Shown here in pieces: positions 1 through 10,593 of a DNA stretch of 64,000 nucleotides. The notes under the pieces were generated by a model. The model was not told where the DNA came from, did not search any database, and worked only from the letters and a program-made list of their open reading frames with translations. Numbering within the stretch: position 1 is the stretch's first letter; every line of letters begins with the position of its first letter. The stretch comes from Thermoproteota archaeon. GTDB taxonomy: Archaea; Thermoproteota; Thermoprotei; Gearchaeales; Gearchaeaceae. The stretch is taken from assembly GCA_032249235.1 (NCBI GenBank), contig JAVVGF010000002.1, forward strand, positions 32,001 to 96,000, in the 5' to 3' direction. A program made the translations under genes and the position numbers.

Positions 1-68
1 AATTAGGCTTAAAAGATGGAGATATTCTTGAATTAGAATTAATTCCCATTCAGCAATCCAGTTTTTAA
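1..68 (+). CDS. 3' end of a gene, probably CTP-dependent riboflavin kinase (partial)
   Basis: The frame from nt 3 reads LGLKDGDILELELIPIQQSSF*. LxLKDGD at the extreme C-terminus is typical of archaeal RibK and is also seen in AbrB-like folds. Confidence 0.45.
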   Translation, partial: LGLKDGDILELELIPIQQSSF

Positions 69-91
69 TTAATTAGATTTCATATTAATAC

Positions 92-1000
92 ATGAATAGA
101 ATAGAGTTGATAGAGAAAGAAATAAGAGAACAAGCTCATTCACTCAGGGAATTTTATGAGAAAATAAAAGAATTGTATTTTTCAATGTTGAATGCTTCAG
201 AAGTCATAGTTACTGGATGTGGAGATTCATATGCGGCTTCACTAATGTTAAACGAATTAGTTGGCGTAAGAGCCGAAGATCCATATGAACTGAGTCTTAA
301 AGAAATACATAATCCATTAGTTATAGTCTCGGTTTCAGGTAAAACTATAGCAAACATTAATTTAGCAGAAAAAGCCAAGAAGAAAGGTTTGAAGATTTAT
401 GTTATAACCGGCAATCCTGAAAGTAAACTAGCTAAGCTCGCAGATTATTTAATAGACATAGAATATAAGGAACCGATAGTTCTTCCTGGTACATTGAGTT
501 TTACAAAATCACTAATCGCTTTATATGTTACTTTCGGATTGAATGTCGATTTTTCAAAAATAAATGAAAAATTAATAGAAAAAGCTTTTGAAGAATTTGA
601 AGAAGCAAAAGGTGAAAGTTTCTTTATCATATCTTCACCATCGTATTTTCCTCTTTCAATTTATTGGAAAGCTAAGCTTATAGAAATGATAGGCTCAAAA
701 GTAATAGTTGAAAGATGCGAACAGTTCATGCATATGGATTTATTTGCATTAAGCGAAAACGATTCTGTTCTAATATTAGGAATCGAGGATAGAAGATGTA
801 GGTTATTATACGATAAAATAAAAAATTACATAACATATTGCAAGTATGAAGTATTTGGAGAAAAGAATCCTACGAACTTTTTGATAGGCTCGATATACGG
901 ACAAGTTTTAGCTTATAGTTTATTGAAAAAGAGAAATTTAAAGGATGTTCATTTCTCGATTTCGAGATTATTGAAAGTAAGCGACGAATTGATATACTAA
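92..1000 (+). CDS. SIS-domain sugar isomerase / GlmS-like phosphosugar-binding protein
   Basis: GCGDSY, VSVSGKT and ITGNPESKLAKLAD motifs; two SIS domains. Confidence 0.8.
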   Translation: MNRIELIEKEIREQAHSLREFYEKIKELYFSMLNASEVIVTGCGDSYAASLMLNELVGVRAEDPYELSLKEIHNPLVIVSVSGKTIANINLAEKAKKKGLKIYVITGNPESKLAKLADYLIDIEYKEPIVLPGTLSFTKSLIALYVTFGLNVDFSKINEKLIEKAFEEFEEAKGESFFIISSPSYFPLSIYWKAKLIEMIGSKVIVERCEQFMHMDLFALSENDSVLILGIEDRRCRLLYDKIKNYITYCKYEVFGEKNPTNFLIGSIYGQVLAYSLLKKRNLKDVHFSISRLLKVSDELIY

Positions 1001-1818
1001 TGGGCAGTAGTAATATCTATTAATCCTTTTCTTCTCGCAATTGTTTCGCAAGTTCTCAAAAGTAATAATGATACAATCAAGTATGCTATGCTCATTTCCA
1101 ACAAAATAATGAGTTCATTTGAAACACTTTCAAAGTAAAAACCTTGTAAAGCATACCTATTAATATCCATCCAATAACTAATAGGCAAGTATTTCGCTAC
1201 CTCATTTAAAGGATAGGGCAATAAATTAGCTGGAAATATTACGTTACCGAATAATAATAATGAACTAACTATCGATTCAACTGCTACCCAACCATAGTCT
1301 GTAGTGAAGATCAGGAAAGAAGCTACCATTAAACCGAGGACTATTATCCATACCATTCCTAGTAAATAGTTAGTTATTAAGAGTAACCAGTTAGGAACTA
1401 AACTGAATATAGGATAGTTTATTATTAGAGCACCAACAAAAAACGCTATCGATAAAGGTATTAAACCTTCGATGAACTTGTATAGACCACGACCTATAAG
1501 ATAAAATGCAAGATTGTTAGGGGTCAAATATACATATTTCAGCGATCTATAATGCTCTCTATCATCCCATAATGTATAAGCTACACCCATTATTCCGCTT
1601 CCTACAATGTTATAAAAAGCTTGTCCTACCAGTATAAAAAATCCAAGTTGAGGATTCGGTCTCACAGCAATAACTATGAAAAGCATTAGTAAGAGTGTAA
1701 AAGTTGGCCTTATGCTAATGTATAATAAGTAAACTGGAAGTCTTGTCCAGTTCGCTTCTATTTCGAAAGCTAACCAAATTAATACTCTTATTTTTCTGAT
1801 GGAATCGATTACTCCCAT
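997..1818 (-). CDS. ABC-2 type exporter permease
   Basis: About 6 TM segments, DREHxSL...TP motif, FP..LLP..L C-terminal motif; in an operon with an ABC ATPase. Confidence 0.85.
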   Translation of the reverse strand: MGVIDSIRKIRVLIWLAFEIEANWTRLPVYLLYISIRPTFTLLLMLFIVIAVRPNPQLGFFILVGQAFYNIVGSGIMGVAYTLWDDREHYRSLKYVYLTPNNLAFYLIGRGLYKFIEGLIPLSIAFFVGALIINYPIFSLVPNWLLLITNYLLGMVWIIVLGLMVASFLIFTTDYGWVAVESIVSSLLLFGNVIFPANLLPYPLNEVAKYLPISYWMDINRYALQGFYFESVSNELIILLEMSIAYLIVSLLLLRTCETIARRKGLIDITTAH

Positions 1819-2609
1819 TTCAAAGTTAGTGTACCTGTTATCTTTCCTTTTTCTTCCATTAATTTAATCATTTTGGTAGCAATGTAGAAGAATACTATTC
1901 CTAACATTAATAAAGAAAGATATATCCAAAGTATAGTTATAGGAGGATTGCCAAAGACCAACAATTGTCTCATGCCTTCTATGCCAAGTGCTAGAGGTAT
2001 AATCGAAACTAAAATTTGGATAGTAAACGGAAAGACTCTAATCGGAAAATAAACTCCTGAAAAGAAAAGTATAGGTTCTCCTAAAAGCTCATTCACTTTG
2101 CTTATTGATCTACCGAATCTCAAAAAAGATGAGGCAAATACCATGCCCAAAGAATATAGAGCGAAGAGTGTCAAGACAAATATAATAAAAGCTGGCAACG
2201 CTTGATTTACGTATATTTTAATGTTAAATAAATATACTGTAGCAAATAAAACGCCGAGAGCTCTTAAGGTCATATTAAAAGCTCCTCCAAGAGCCATACC
2301 TAGCAATATTCCAGTCATCGGTGCGCCACTTGCTATGTATAAGGGTAAGTTTCCTGTTTCCCTTTCCCAATACAGTTGAGAAGCCATACTCCACAATACG
2401 TTATACCAGAAAGCTATCATAGCACCGCCGATAGCTGCAATTGCCAAAAACTCATTCGGTGCATTTAAAGCTTTATAAGCAAACAAGATAGCAGAAATAC
2501 CCAACAAAGGTAAGATTATGTCTATAATTAAATGTGTAACGTCTCTATTCACACCTTTTATTCTTACATAAGCTCTAGCATATGCTGTTTTGAATATTTC
2601 TTTTATCAT
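1809..2609 (-). CDS. ABC-2 type exporter permease
   Basis: WERETGNL and FSGVYFPI motifs; multi-TM. Confidence 0.85.
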   Translation of the reverse strand: MIKEIFKTAYARAYVRIKGVNRDVTHLIIDIILPLLGISAILFAYKALNAPNEFLAIAAIGGAMIAFWYNVLWSMASQLYWERETGNLPLYIASGAPMTGILLGMALGGAFNMTLRALGVLFATVYLFNIKIYVNQALPAFIIFVLTLFALYSLGMVFASSFLRFGRSISKVNELLGEPILFFSGVYFPIRVFPFTIQILVSIIPLALGIEGMRQLLVFGNPPITILWIYLSLLMLGIVFFYIATKMIKLMEEKGKITGTLTLKWE

Positions 2610-3565
2610 CTCAATCTGCTACCAACTAAATATAAAAAGACATCTTCAAGATTAGGTTCCTCCTTACTTAGCGCTATAACTTTTATTCCTTTTTCCTTTA
2701 AAACGCTTAAAATATCAGCTATCGGTGATTCTTCTTCTACAACTATTCTTATTTTTGTAATGCCACTCGCAGGGTCATTATCTGAATATAACGATTTGAT
2801 TCCTTGAATCTTCTTTATTTCAGAGATTGATAAATCATCTATATAAAAGGTTTTGATCTCAAAGACATGCTCATTAGATACTAATTTTAGCAAGTTTTCA
2901 ACTGTATCAACTTTTATGATTTTACCTTTATGAATTATAGCTATTCTATCGCATAGTTCTTGTGCTTCGATCATGTAATGCGTTGTCAAAAGAATTGTTC
3001 TATCAGGATCTTTTCTTATCCAAGATTTAACATAATTTCTTATTTCTCTTGAGATCTCAACGTCTAGACCGACAGTAGGTTCGTCTAAAAACAATAACCT
3101 AGGATTGTTCAAAATACCTCTAACGAAATTATACTTCTGGAACATTCCTGAAGAAACCCTATTCAACTTTTTATCTGCAAAATCTTGCATTCCAAATTCC
3201 TCTATTAGTTCATTTACTATTTTCCATCCTTCTCTAACTCCATAACCATATAGCTGCGAAAAGAACCAAAGATTTTCTTTAACTTTCAAAATCCCATATC
3301 CTGGCCTTTCATCGCCTGCAACTATATTAATATGTTTCCTTATTTGCATGTAATCCTTCTTGACATCATAACCAAGAACATATGCATCGCCTGCTGAAGG
3401 AAGTAAGAGTGTTGCTAATATTTTAATCAATGTTGATTTCCCTGAACCATTTGGTCCTAGTAAACCAAATATCTCGTTTCTCCTTATAGTTATATTTACA
3501 TTATCTAGAGCAACAGTATTTCCAAAAACCCTTGTTAGATTGATTGTTCTTACTACTTCGTCCAC
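2606..3565 (-). CDS. ABC exporter ATP-binding protein (DrrA/CcmA-like, C-terminal DUF4162-like domain)
   Basis: Walker A GPNGSGKST, signature SSGM, Walker B LFLDEPT, TTH switch, EPNLEDVF tail. Confidence 0.92.
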   Translation of the reverse strand: MDEVVRTINLTRVFGNTVALDNVNITIRRNEIFGLLGPNGSGKSTLIKILATLLLPSAGDAYVLGYDVKKDYMQIRKHINIVAGDERPGYGILKVKENLWFFSQLYGYGVREGWKIVNELIEEFGMQDFADKKLNRVSSGMFQKYNFVRGILNNPRLLFLDEPTVGLDVEISREIRNYVKSWIRKDPDRTILLTTHYMIEAQELCDRIAIIHKGKIIKVDTVENLLKLVSNEHVFEIKTFYIDDLSISEIKKIQGIKSLYSDNDPASGITKIRIVVEEESPIADILSVLKEKGIKVIALSKEEPNLEDVFLYLVGSRLR

Positions 3566-3598
3566 GCTTTATTCTTAAAATCCAAACAAGATATAAAG

Positions 3599-4819
3599 TT
3601 ATGCTAATTCGAAAATGCTTTTCGGATTCGGCTTATTTGCTAAGAAATCTCCGTTAACATAAACGAGATTACCTCTTAAAATTGTCATTACAGGCTTACA
3701 ACATACTTCCCAACCTGAAAAAGGTGAGAACTTAGACATACTTATGAATTTTGTTGGATCGATTTTAAAGAAGTTATTCGTATTTACTACAGTTATATCT
3801 GCATAGTAGCCTTCTTTTATAACTCCTTTGTTTATTTTTAAGTATTTCGCTGGGTTTGAAGTAAAACAAGAAATCACCTTTCTTATATCTAATATTCCCT
3901 TTAAAGCGAAAGTTAAAAAAATGGGAATAACTATTTCAAGCGAAGGATATCCAGGTGGAGGATTTTCAGAAAGTTTTTCTTCAATACTATGGGGTGCATG
4001 ATCTGTAGCGATGAAATCAACTGAACCATTATTTATTGACTGAATAATAGCAATATTATCCTCTCTTGTCGATAATGGAGGTCTAACAGATAGTATAGCT
4101 TTATCATTTCTCGCATCTTCTCTTGATAAAAAAGTATGATGTGGAGTCACCTCAATATATATTCTTCTATTTTGTTTTCTTGCGTTATTTATTAAGCATA
4201 TTGATTCTTTTCTAGAAACATGAGCTATTCTAACATTCTCGCAATTGTTTGTATATTTCAAAACGAATTCTACAGCGCTTACTTCATCTTGACCGAATTG
4301 AGCATGAAATACAAGTCTATCTTTTTTTAAAAAATCGACATAATTAGGAAGAGAATATAAATCTTCTTCATAGAATTTAAAGCCAAAAGCAAAATTCCTA
4401 GCTTCTTCTATTTCTTTAGGATCTAAAGGCTTAGAATGCAAGCCGAAATCTACGAAAGATTTTTTCTTAAAATCCTCAAAACGCTTCTTTAGTAATTCAA
4501 GCTTATTTATTGGAGGATTAGTATTCGGCATATCCAAAACTGTAGTTATTCCACCTGCAATAGCTGCTTTAGATCCAGTTTCTATTGTTTCTTTATATGA
4601 TTGAAACCAATCTCTGAAATGAACATGCAAATCAATTCCAGCAGGTAATATTAGATGACCGCTACCGAATCTTATTGGTTTAGCATCATTAAATTCAATC
4701 CTTGATATCTTTTTTATTCGTTCATCCTCTATAAGTATTGCACATTCTAGAAAATCATTTTCTAGAAATGCTTTTCCTATTATTTGATAACGATTATTTT
4801 CCTTCGACAAGTTGTTCAA
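3599..4819 (-). CDS. pyrC: dihydroorotase
   Basis: DLHVHFRD, GGITTVLDMPNTNPP, EVTPHH, ATDHAPH; located in the pyr cluster. Confidence 0.93.
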   Translation of the reverse strand: MNNLSKENNRYQIIGKAFLENDFLECAILIEDERIKKISRIEFNDAKPIRFGSGHLILPAGIDLHVHFRDWFQSYKETIETGSKAAIAGGITTVLDMPNTNPPINKLELLKKRFEDFKKKSFVDFGLHSKPLDPKEIEEARNFAFGFKFYEEDLYSLPNYVDFLKKDRLVFHAQFGQDEVSAVEFVLKYTNNCENVRIAHVSRKESICLINNARKQNRRIYIEVTPHHTFLSREDARNDKAILSVRPPLSTREDNIAIIQSINNGSVDFIATDHAPHSIEEKLSENPPPGYPSLEIVIPIFLTFALKGILDIRKVISCFTSNPAKYLKINKGVIKEGYYADITVVNTNNFFKIDPTKFISMSKFSPFSGWEVCCKPVMTILRGNLVYVNGDFLANKPNPKSIFELA

Positions 4820-5282
4820 TTACTTCATTCTCATAAACATACCTATAGCAATACATGCATTGAAGCTTCAAAGGACTTTTCTCTATAACTTTAAACTTAG
4901 ATACAATAGGTTCATTTTGCTGCCTAGTAATGCATGTTGGATTTGGACATTTTAATATGCCCTCAACATATTCAGGTAAAACTACTTTGCTTTTTTCATA
5001 AACTTTATAATCTCTTATTACATTGATCGTAGCCATTGGAGCAATAAGAGCAAGTATACTAACTAAAGAAGGATCAAGCTCAAGGTTTTCTACTTTAATG
5101 ATATCTTTCACTCCTAATTTTTTACTTTTAACATTCATTGCAATCGTTAGAGTGTTCTCGACTTTTTTAGTAAGACCAAGTAACCTTAATACAACTAAAG
5201 CTTTACCGCTTGGAATATGATCGATTACCGTTCCGTTTCTTATCTTCGCTACTTTCATTTCAACCTCTTCCATGTTACTCAC
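4794..5282 (-). CDS. pyrI: aspartate carbamoyltransferase regulatory subunit
   Basis: IRNGTVIDHIP, KDIIKVE, CPNPTCIT...CMYC Zn site. Confidence 0.97.
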   Translation of the reverse strand: MSNMEEVEMKVAKIRNGTVIDHIPSGKALVVLRLLGLTKKVENTLTIAMNVKSKKLGVKDIIKVENLELDPSLVSILALIAPMATINVIRDYKVYEKSKVVLPEYVEGILKCPNPTCITRQQNEPIVSKFKVIEKSPLKLQCMYCYRYVYENEVIEQLVEGK

Positions 5283-6186
5283 CTCTAAGTATCAAACTCA
5301 ATATAGCCATTCGAACATAAATTCCATATTCTGCTTGTTTAAAATATGCTTGCATAGGCGTATTGTCTATTTCATAGCTCAATTCATCGACGCGCGGTAA
5401 GGGATGCATTACAATAAGATCTTTCTTAGAATTCTGTAAAACTTTCAAATCTACTTTGTATGATCCCTTAATTTTTTCATATTCAGCGATATCAGGAAAT
5501 CTTTCTTTCTGTATTCTTGTAACATAAAGTACATCGAGCTCGTGTATAACCTTTTCTAGACTACTCAGTTCTTCAAAATCTACTTTGGCTTCAATTAATT
5601 TATTTCTAACATCTTCTCTCATTGAAAGTTGAGGTGGTGAAATCGCATATATTTTGTTAGAATATTTAGCGATACCAAACATAAAGGAAACAGCAGCCCT
5701 ACCATATCTTAAATCTCCTAGTATGCCGATTTTTAGATCATCAAGCCTGCCTTTAAGTTTTCTTATCGTATAAAGGTCTATCATTGCTTGTGTTGGATGA
5801 TTAAGATAACCATCTCCTGCATTTATAACAGGATGCTTGCAAACATCTGCAGCAAACTTTGCAGTCCCTTCAATCGGACTCCTAATAACTAATAAATCAC
5901 TATATACATCCATCATATGAAGAGTATCATAGAGACTTTCTCCTTTTTTTATTGAAGAATATTCTGCAACTAAATTTATCACTTCAGCTCCTAATTTTTT
6001 AGCTGCTACTTCGAAGCTAATCCTTGTTCTTGTGCTGTATTCTAAAAAAATATTTCCTATTATCACTCCTTTTAACAAATTTGAAGGAATATTCTTTTCA
6101 AATTCCTCAGTTTTTTTAAATAATATTTCTAGATCTTCAATTGTAAAATCATCTATAGAGATTACATCCCTACCTTTCCAACCCAT
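5275..6186 (-). CDS. pyrB: aspartate carbamoyltransferase catalytic subunit
   Basis: STRTRISF, NAGDG..HPTQ, YVTRIQKER, MHPLPR. Confidence 0.97.
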   Translation of the reverse strand: MGWKGRDVISIDDFTIEDLEILFKKTEEFEKNIPSNLLKGVIIGNIFLEYSTRTRISFEVAAKKLGAEVINLVAEYSSIKKGESLYDTLHMMDVYSDLLVIRSPIEGTAKFAADVCKHPVINAGDGYLNHPTQAMIDLYTIRKLKGRLDDLKIGILGDLRYGRAAVSFMFGIAKYSNKIYAISPPQLSMREDVRNKLIEAKVDFEELSSLEKVIHELDVLYVTRIQKERFPDIAEYEKIKGSYKVDLKVLQNSKKDLIVMHPLPRVDELSYEIDNTPMQAYFKQAEYGIYVRMAILSLILRGE

Positions 6187-6209
6187 CGCTAAAATTATGT
6201 TTGTTAAAA

Positions 6210-6743
6210 TTAAAAACTTCTTGATAATAGATCTCTAAGTTTTAAGAGAGAATGCAAAGCAATGCCTTTGCTTTCTAAAGAATTACGAGCACCTTCTTCA
6301 CGATCAACGATAACAAAGGCGTCTTTTACAACAAATCCGTTTTCAATAAGTTTCTCTGCAGCATATAGAATACTTGAACCTGTGGTTGCTACATCATCTA
6401 TTATGATGATTTTACTCTCTTTGTTCAAATCTCCTTCAACGATTTTTGAAGTTCCATGACCTTTCTCTTCTTTTCTAACATAACATAAAGGTTTAGACAA
6501 TTCATATGCAATAAGCGATGCCCAAATAAGACCCCCTGTAGGAATGCCTGCTATAGCATCGAAATTCAAATTCTTGATTATAGATATTGATTCTTTGACT
6601 ATTTCTTTATAGACCTGAGGATGAGATATAACATTTCTCAAATCGATGTAAATGCTACTTCTTTTACCCGAAGATAAAATGAAATCGCCGTATTTTACTG
6701 CACCAAATTTAATTAATAGATCAGCTATTTTGCTCATGCTCAA
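6210..6743 (-). CDS. pyrE: orotate phosphoribosyltransferase
   Basis: FILSSG..S.IYIDLR, RKEEKGHG, IIDDVATTGSS PRPP motif. Confidence 0.95.
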   Translation of the reverse strand: MSMSKIADLLIKFGAVKYGDFILSSGKRSSIYIDLRNVISHPQVYKEIVKESISIIKNLNFDAIAGIPTGGLIWASLIAYELSKPLCYVRKEEKGHGTSKIVEGDLNKESKIIIIDDVATTGSSILYAAEKLIENGFVVKDAFVIVDREEGARNSLESKGIALHSLLKLRDLLSRSF

Positions 6744-7407
6744 TCATTTTGATTGCTTTCTTAATTTCTAATAAAGGATCAGATGATTTAAGTATAGCTC
6801 TTCCTATTATTTCAAAGTCTGCACCATTTTTTATAGCTGAACCATATGGCATACCTTGAGCACCTATTCCTGGAGAAAAAATCAACAAGCTAGTCATTTT
6901 CCTGACCTCTCTTAGTATATCAGGCTTTGTAGCTGGCGCTACTATCCCTGCTAAATTTAACTTATTAGAGATTTGAGTAAGCAATCTGAAATTTTCATTT
7001 AATAGATATGAACCTTCATTAGTCATGCATACAACAGCTATTGTTGGGATTTCATCATTCAATTCTTTAAGGACGTCTTCTCCTACAAAAGCATGCGCTA
7101 TTATAGCATCGAAACCAAAATCTTTCATCATCTTACCTATTTTCCTAGAAATATACGGAATGTCTGCAATTTTCAAATCTGCTATTAAAACTAGTTTATC
7201 GGAGAATTTTCTGCATAACTCTTTCGTTTCAATAGAAGAAGATATAATCGGTACGGCACCTATTTTTAAGCCTACCAAATAAGGTTCTAGCTGAGATAAT
7301 AAATTAAAATTTATCTCAGATTCATCAATAGCTAGTATAATTTTACTCTTTTTTGTTTTACTTATTTCACTAATTTTCTTAACAAAATAATTATTCATGT
7401 TTTCCAA
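6721..7407 (-). CDS. pyrF: orotidine-5'-phosphate decarboxylase
   Basis: DLKIADIP catalytic motif, SPGIGAQG, IIGRAI. Confidence 0.95.
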   Translation of the reverse strand: MENMNNYFVKKISEISKTKKSKIILAIDESEINFNLLSQLEPYLVGLKIGAVPIISSSIETKELCRKFSDKLVLIADLKIADIPYISRKIGKMMKDFGFDAIIAHAFVGEDVLKELNDEIPTIAVVCMTNEGSYLLNENFRLLTQISNKLNLAGIVAPATKPDILREVRKMTSLLIFSPGIGAQGMPYGSAIKNGADFEIIGRAILKSSDPLLEIKKAIKMIEHEQNS

Positions 7408-8644
7408 TTAAGAACTGAACAGGTATATATAACAAAAAGGCATCTCTTAATAAAACAATTAAATAAAATAAAATAATAACAATGTTTAATGAAAGAATAT
7501 TTAAAAAGTATAAAATAAGTATAATAGGATATTCTAATAATGATAAGATTTGCAATAAAATGATAAAAATTACATAATTATAGCTTGGTTTGAAAACAAC
7601 AAATAGCAATATCAATATATAAATTAAATACTGAGGAGAAAATCCAAATGAAAATACAAAAAATAGTGATAAAACGCTTATTAGAATTTCTTCAAAAGAT
7701 AAATTTTTTCTTCTTGCAAAATAAGAAAATATTAATATTGATGATAAAATTGTTATAAATGATAAAATTTTTATATATGATAACTGAAGAGGTACATAAT
7801 TTTGAAGTAAAGTTGGGTCTGGAGTTATTCCTATTATACCATATTTAATTAATTCAAGAGTTAAACTACTGCTGAAGAACTCATTAAATAAAGTTCCTAA
7901 GCTTATATCATTACCTATCAAGAATATACTTAGAAAGCCAAATACAGAACCCCATGCAGGTCTGCTCAATTGCCAATAATAACTCGAAAGAAAAAGTTCA
8001 GGATTTAGCAATAATATTATATTTAAAGAAAGTAAAAGCATTAATGAGTAAAATAAGAATTTCTTTTCCTTTTTATTTGGCATAAGAAAATATGATAAAA
8101 TAGCAAATATTGGAAATAATTTCAAAGATGTTCCTATAGATGTTAATAAACTAGATGAAAATATTTTTTTAATTTTAATGAAATAAATTGAAAAAAGAAG
8201 AATCATTACTATATAAGGATCGAAGATGAATTGGAGAGATATATACATGACTGGAATAGGAGAATATGCATATAACCATCTCATTATAGGTGTAAATTTA
8301 TATTTAGATTTTTTTAATAGAGTCCAAATAATAATTCCATTTATAATATCAGATAAAGAATTAAATAAAAAGAATAAAAATGAAAATGAAACATAGTCGT
8401 TGAATGTTATTGAATACATAAAATAAATTAAAAAATTGGTCAAGAACGGATAAGGAGTCCATATGCCATCCACTCTTGTATAGTTCATTAGTAAGGCTAT
8501 ATTGTACAACCAAGCAGTGAATACTGTAGCTAGTTCAAAAAATAAAAGGGGTATTAAAACCCTTGATATGAACAGCACTAATACATAAAACTTGAATTCA
8601 TGTTTTTGTAAATAATCAGGTAAGAGAGATTTTCCTATGAACAC
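7391..8644 (-). CDS. polytopic membrane protein, GT-C fold glycosyltransferase-like (GT87/DUF2029-like)
   Basis: About 10 TM segments; TPYP, FD, SLKLFP and FSPQY motifs resemble GT87-type mannosyltransferases; very AT-rich. Confidence 0.55.
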   Translation of the reverse strand: MFIGKSLLPDYLQKHEFKFYVLVLFISRVLIPLLFFELATVFTAWLYNIALLMNYTRVDGIWTPYPFLTNFLIYFMYSITFNDYVSFSFLFFLFNSLSDIINGIIIWTLLKKSKYKFTPIMRWLYAYSPIPVMYISLQFIFDPYIVMILLFSIYFIKIKKIFSSSLLTSIGTSLKLFPIFAILSYFLMPNKKEKKFLFYSLMLLLSLNIILLLNPELFLSSYYWQLSRPAWGSVFGFLSIFLIGNDISLGTLFNEFFSSSLTLELIKYGIIGITPDPTLLQNYVPLQLSYIKILSFITILSSILIFSYFARRKNLSFEEILISVLSLFFVFSFGFSPQYLIYILILLFVVFKPSYNYVIFIILLQILSLLEYPIILILYFLNILSLNIVIILFYLIVLLRDAFLLYIPVQFLIGKHE

Positions 8645-8727
8645 AATATGATGGATAAATTTATCTTTATAACTTTTTCTGTTACTCTTAAATGCTTTTT
8701 AAACCAATATGACTAATAACTCATGAA

Positions 8728-10593
8728 ATGCACATAATAGTTTGCACTAAACAAGTTCCAGATTCGACAGATATGAGAATAGATCCTAAAACAAATAATT
8801 TAATAAGAGAAGGTGTACCTTCAATAACCAACCCGCCTGATTTGCATGCTACAGAGGAAGCTTTGAGAATTAAAGAGAAATACGGAGCAATAGTTACTGC
8901 TTTAACGATGGGACCATTACAAGCAGAAAGCACATTAAGGGAATTATTAGCTATGGGAGTCGATTACGCTTATCACATTTCAGATAGAGCATTAGCTGGC
9001 TCTGATACACTAGCGACATCTTATACTTTATGGAAGGGAATAAAGAAAATATGTGAAATTCACGGTCCATTCACTTTAATATTTTTTGGAAGACAAGCAA
9101 TTGATGGAGAAACAGGGCAAGTTGGTCCTGGTGTTGCTGCAAGATTTGGTATACCGATTATTACATATACAATCAAAATTGAAGAGCTGAATTTAGAAAA
9201 AGGATACATTATCGGAGTGAGAAAAGTATACGATGGCTTAGAGAAAGTAAAAGCAACTTTACCAGCTGCGTTAAGCATAACTGAAGAAGCGAATACACCA
9301 AGAATACCTACTATCGACGATATTATAAGAGCATACAAAGCAAAGATAACTAAATGGAATAAAAATGATTTGAATCTTGAAGATGATAAAATAGGTCTTA
9401 AAGGTTCGCCTACATGGATTAAGAGAGTATTTCCTCCTCCTCCTAGAAAGAAAGGTCAAATATTTGATGGAAGGGGAAGAGAAAGAGAAGCTGTAAAGTG
9501 GTTAATAGACCAATTGTTAAAGCTAAATGCTTTTGGAGAAAAGATTGCTGAAACTTATGAAGAACCTAAACCATTACCTATAGCTTTTGATAAAACGAAG
9601 AGATTTGGCGAAGTTTGGAGTGTTGTAGAGCATAGATATGGAAAAGCAGATCCTGTTTCATGGGAATTGTTAGGTGAAGCAAGAAGATTATCAAGATTAT
9701 TAGGAGTGAAATGTGGTGCAGTAATAGTAGGTTATCAAGTAACTGATTTAATTGATGAAGCAGCAAGCTATGGAGCAGATAAGATATACTACGTAGATTC
9801 TCCAATATTAAAGGATTACAGAACAGAACCATATTCAATAGTTTTGACAGAACTTTGTTTAAAGTATAAGCCAGATATCCTTTTAATGTCAGGCACGCAA
9901 AATGGAAGAGATTGTGCAGGTTATGTTGCAACCCTTATTCCAACAGGATTGGTTGCAGATGTGACTCAAATGGATATAGATCCTGCAACAGGTATGTTAT
10001 TAGCAACTAGACCAGATTTTGGCGGTAATGAAATGTCTACTATAGTATGTCCTAATCATAAACCCCAAATGGCTACGATTAGACCAAAGGTTTTCAAAAT
10101 ACCTCCTAAAAGGCTAAATCCTGAAGTTGAAGTGATAAAGGAAGATATTCAAATCGATATTTCAAGAATACACACTGAACTCTTGGAGTTTAAACCTAGA
10201 GAAAAATTAAAATTAGAAGAAGCAAATATCATAGTTAGCTTTGGCAAAGGTCTTGGATCGCCAAAAAATATTCATTATATTGAAGAATTAGCTAAAGTAT
10301 TAAATGCAGAAATAGGCGCTACGAGGGCAGTTGTTTATTCAGGATGGATATCTAAAGATAGACAGATAGGTCAAACAGGATTAACAGTAAGACCTAGGCT
10401 ATATTTTGCTATTGGAATATCGGGTGCAATACAACACGTTGTAGGAATTCAAAATTCTGACATAATCGTAGCTATTAATATAGATCCAGAAGCACCTATA
10501 TTTAACGTTGCAGATTACGGAATAATAGGTGATTTGTTTAAAATTGTTCCTATTTTGACTGAAGAATTAAGCAAGGTGGTTAAGATTGCCTGA
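8728..10593 (+). CDS. fused electron transfer flavoprotein beta+alpha (FixA-FixB fusion)
   Basis: The N half has [30 protein letters not shown] and GSPT (EtfB). The C half has RPDFGG, QIGQTG and GISGAIQH (EtfA). Confidence 0.93.
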   Translation: MHIIVCTKQVPDSTDMRIDPKTNNLIREGVPSITNPPDLHATEEALRIKEKYGAIVTALTMGPLQAESTLRELLAMGVDYAYHISDRALAGSDTLATSYTLWKGIKKICEIHGPFTLIFFGRQAIDGETGQVGPGVAARFGIPIITYTIKIEELNLEKGYIIGVRKVYDGLEKVKATLPAALSITEEANTPRIPTIDDIIRAYKAKITKWNKNDLNLEDDKIGLKGSPTWIKRVFPPPPRKKGQIFDGRGREREAVKWLIDQLLKLNAFGEKIAETYEEPKPLPIAFDKTKRFGEVWSVVEHRYGKADPVSWELLGEARRLSRLLGVKCGAVIVGYQVTDLIDEAASYGADKIYYVDSPILKDYRTEPYSIVLTELCLKYKPDILLMSGTQNGRDCAGYVATLIPTGLVADVTQMDIDPATGMLLATRPDFGGNEMSTIVCPNHKPQMATIRPKVFKIPPKRLNPEVEVIKEDIQIDISRIHTELLEFKPREKLKLEEANIIVSFGKGLGSPKNIHYIEELAKVLNAEIGATRAVVYSGWISKDRQIGQTGLTVRPRLYFAIGISGAIQHVVGIQNSDIIVAINIDPEAPIFNVADYGIIGDLFKIVPILTEELSKVVKIA

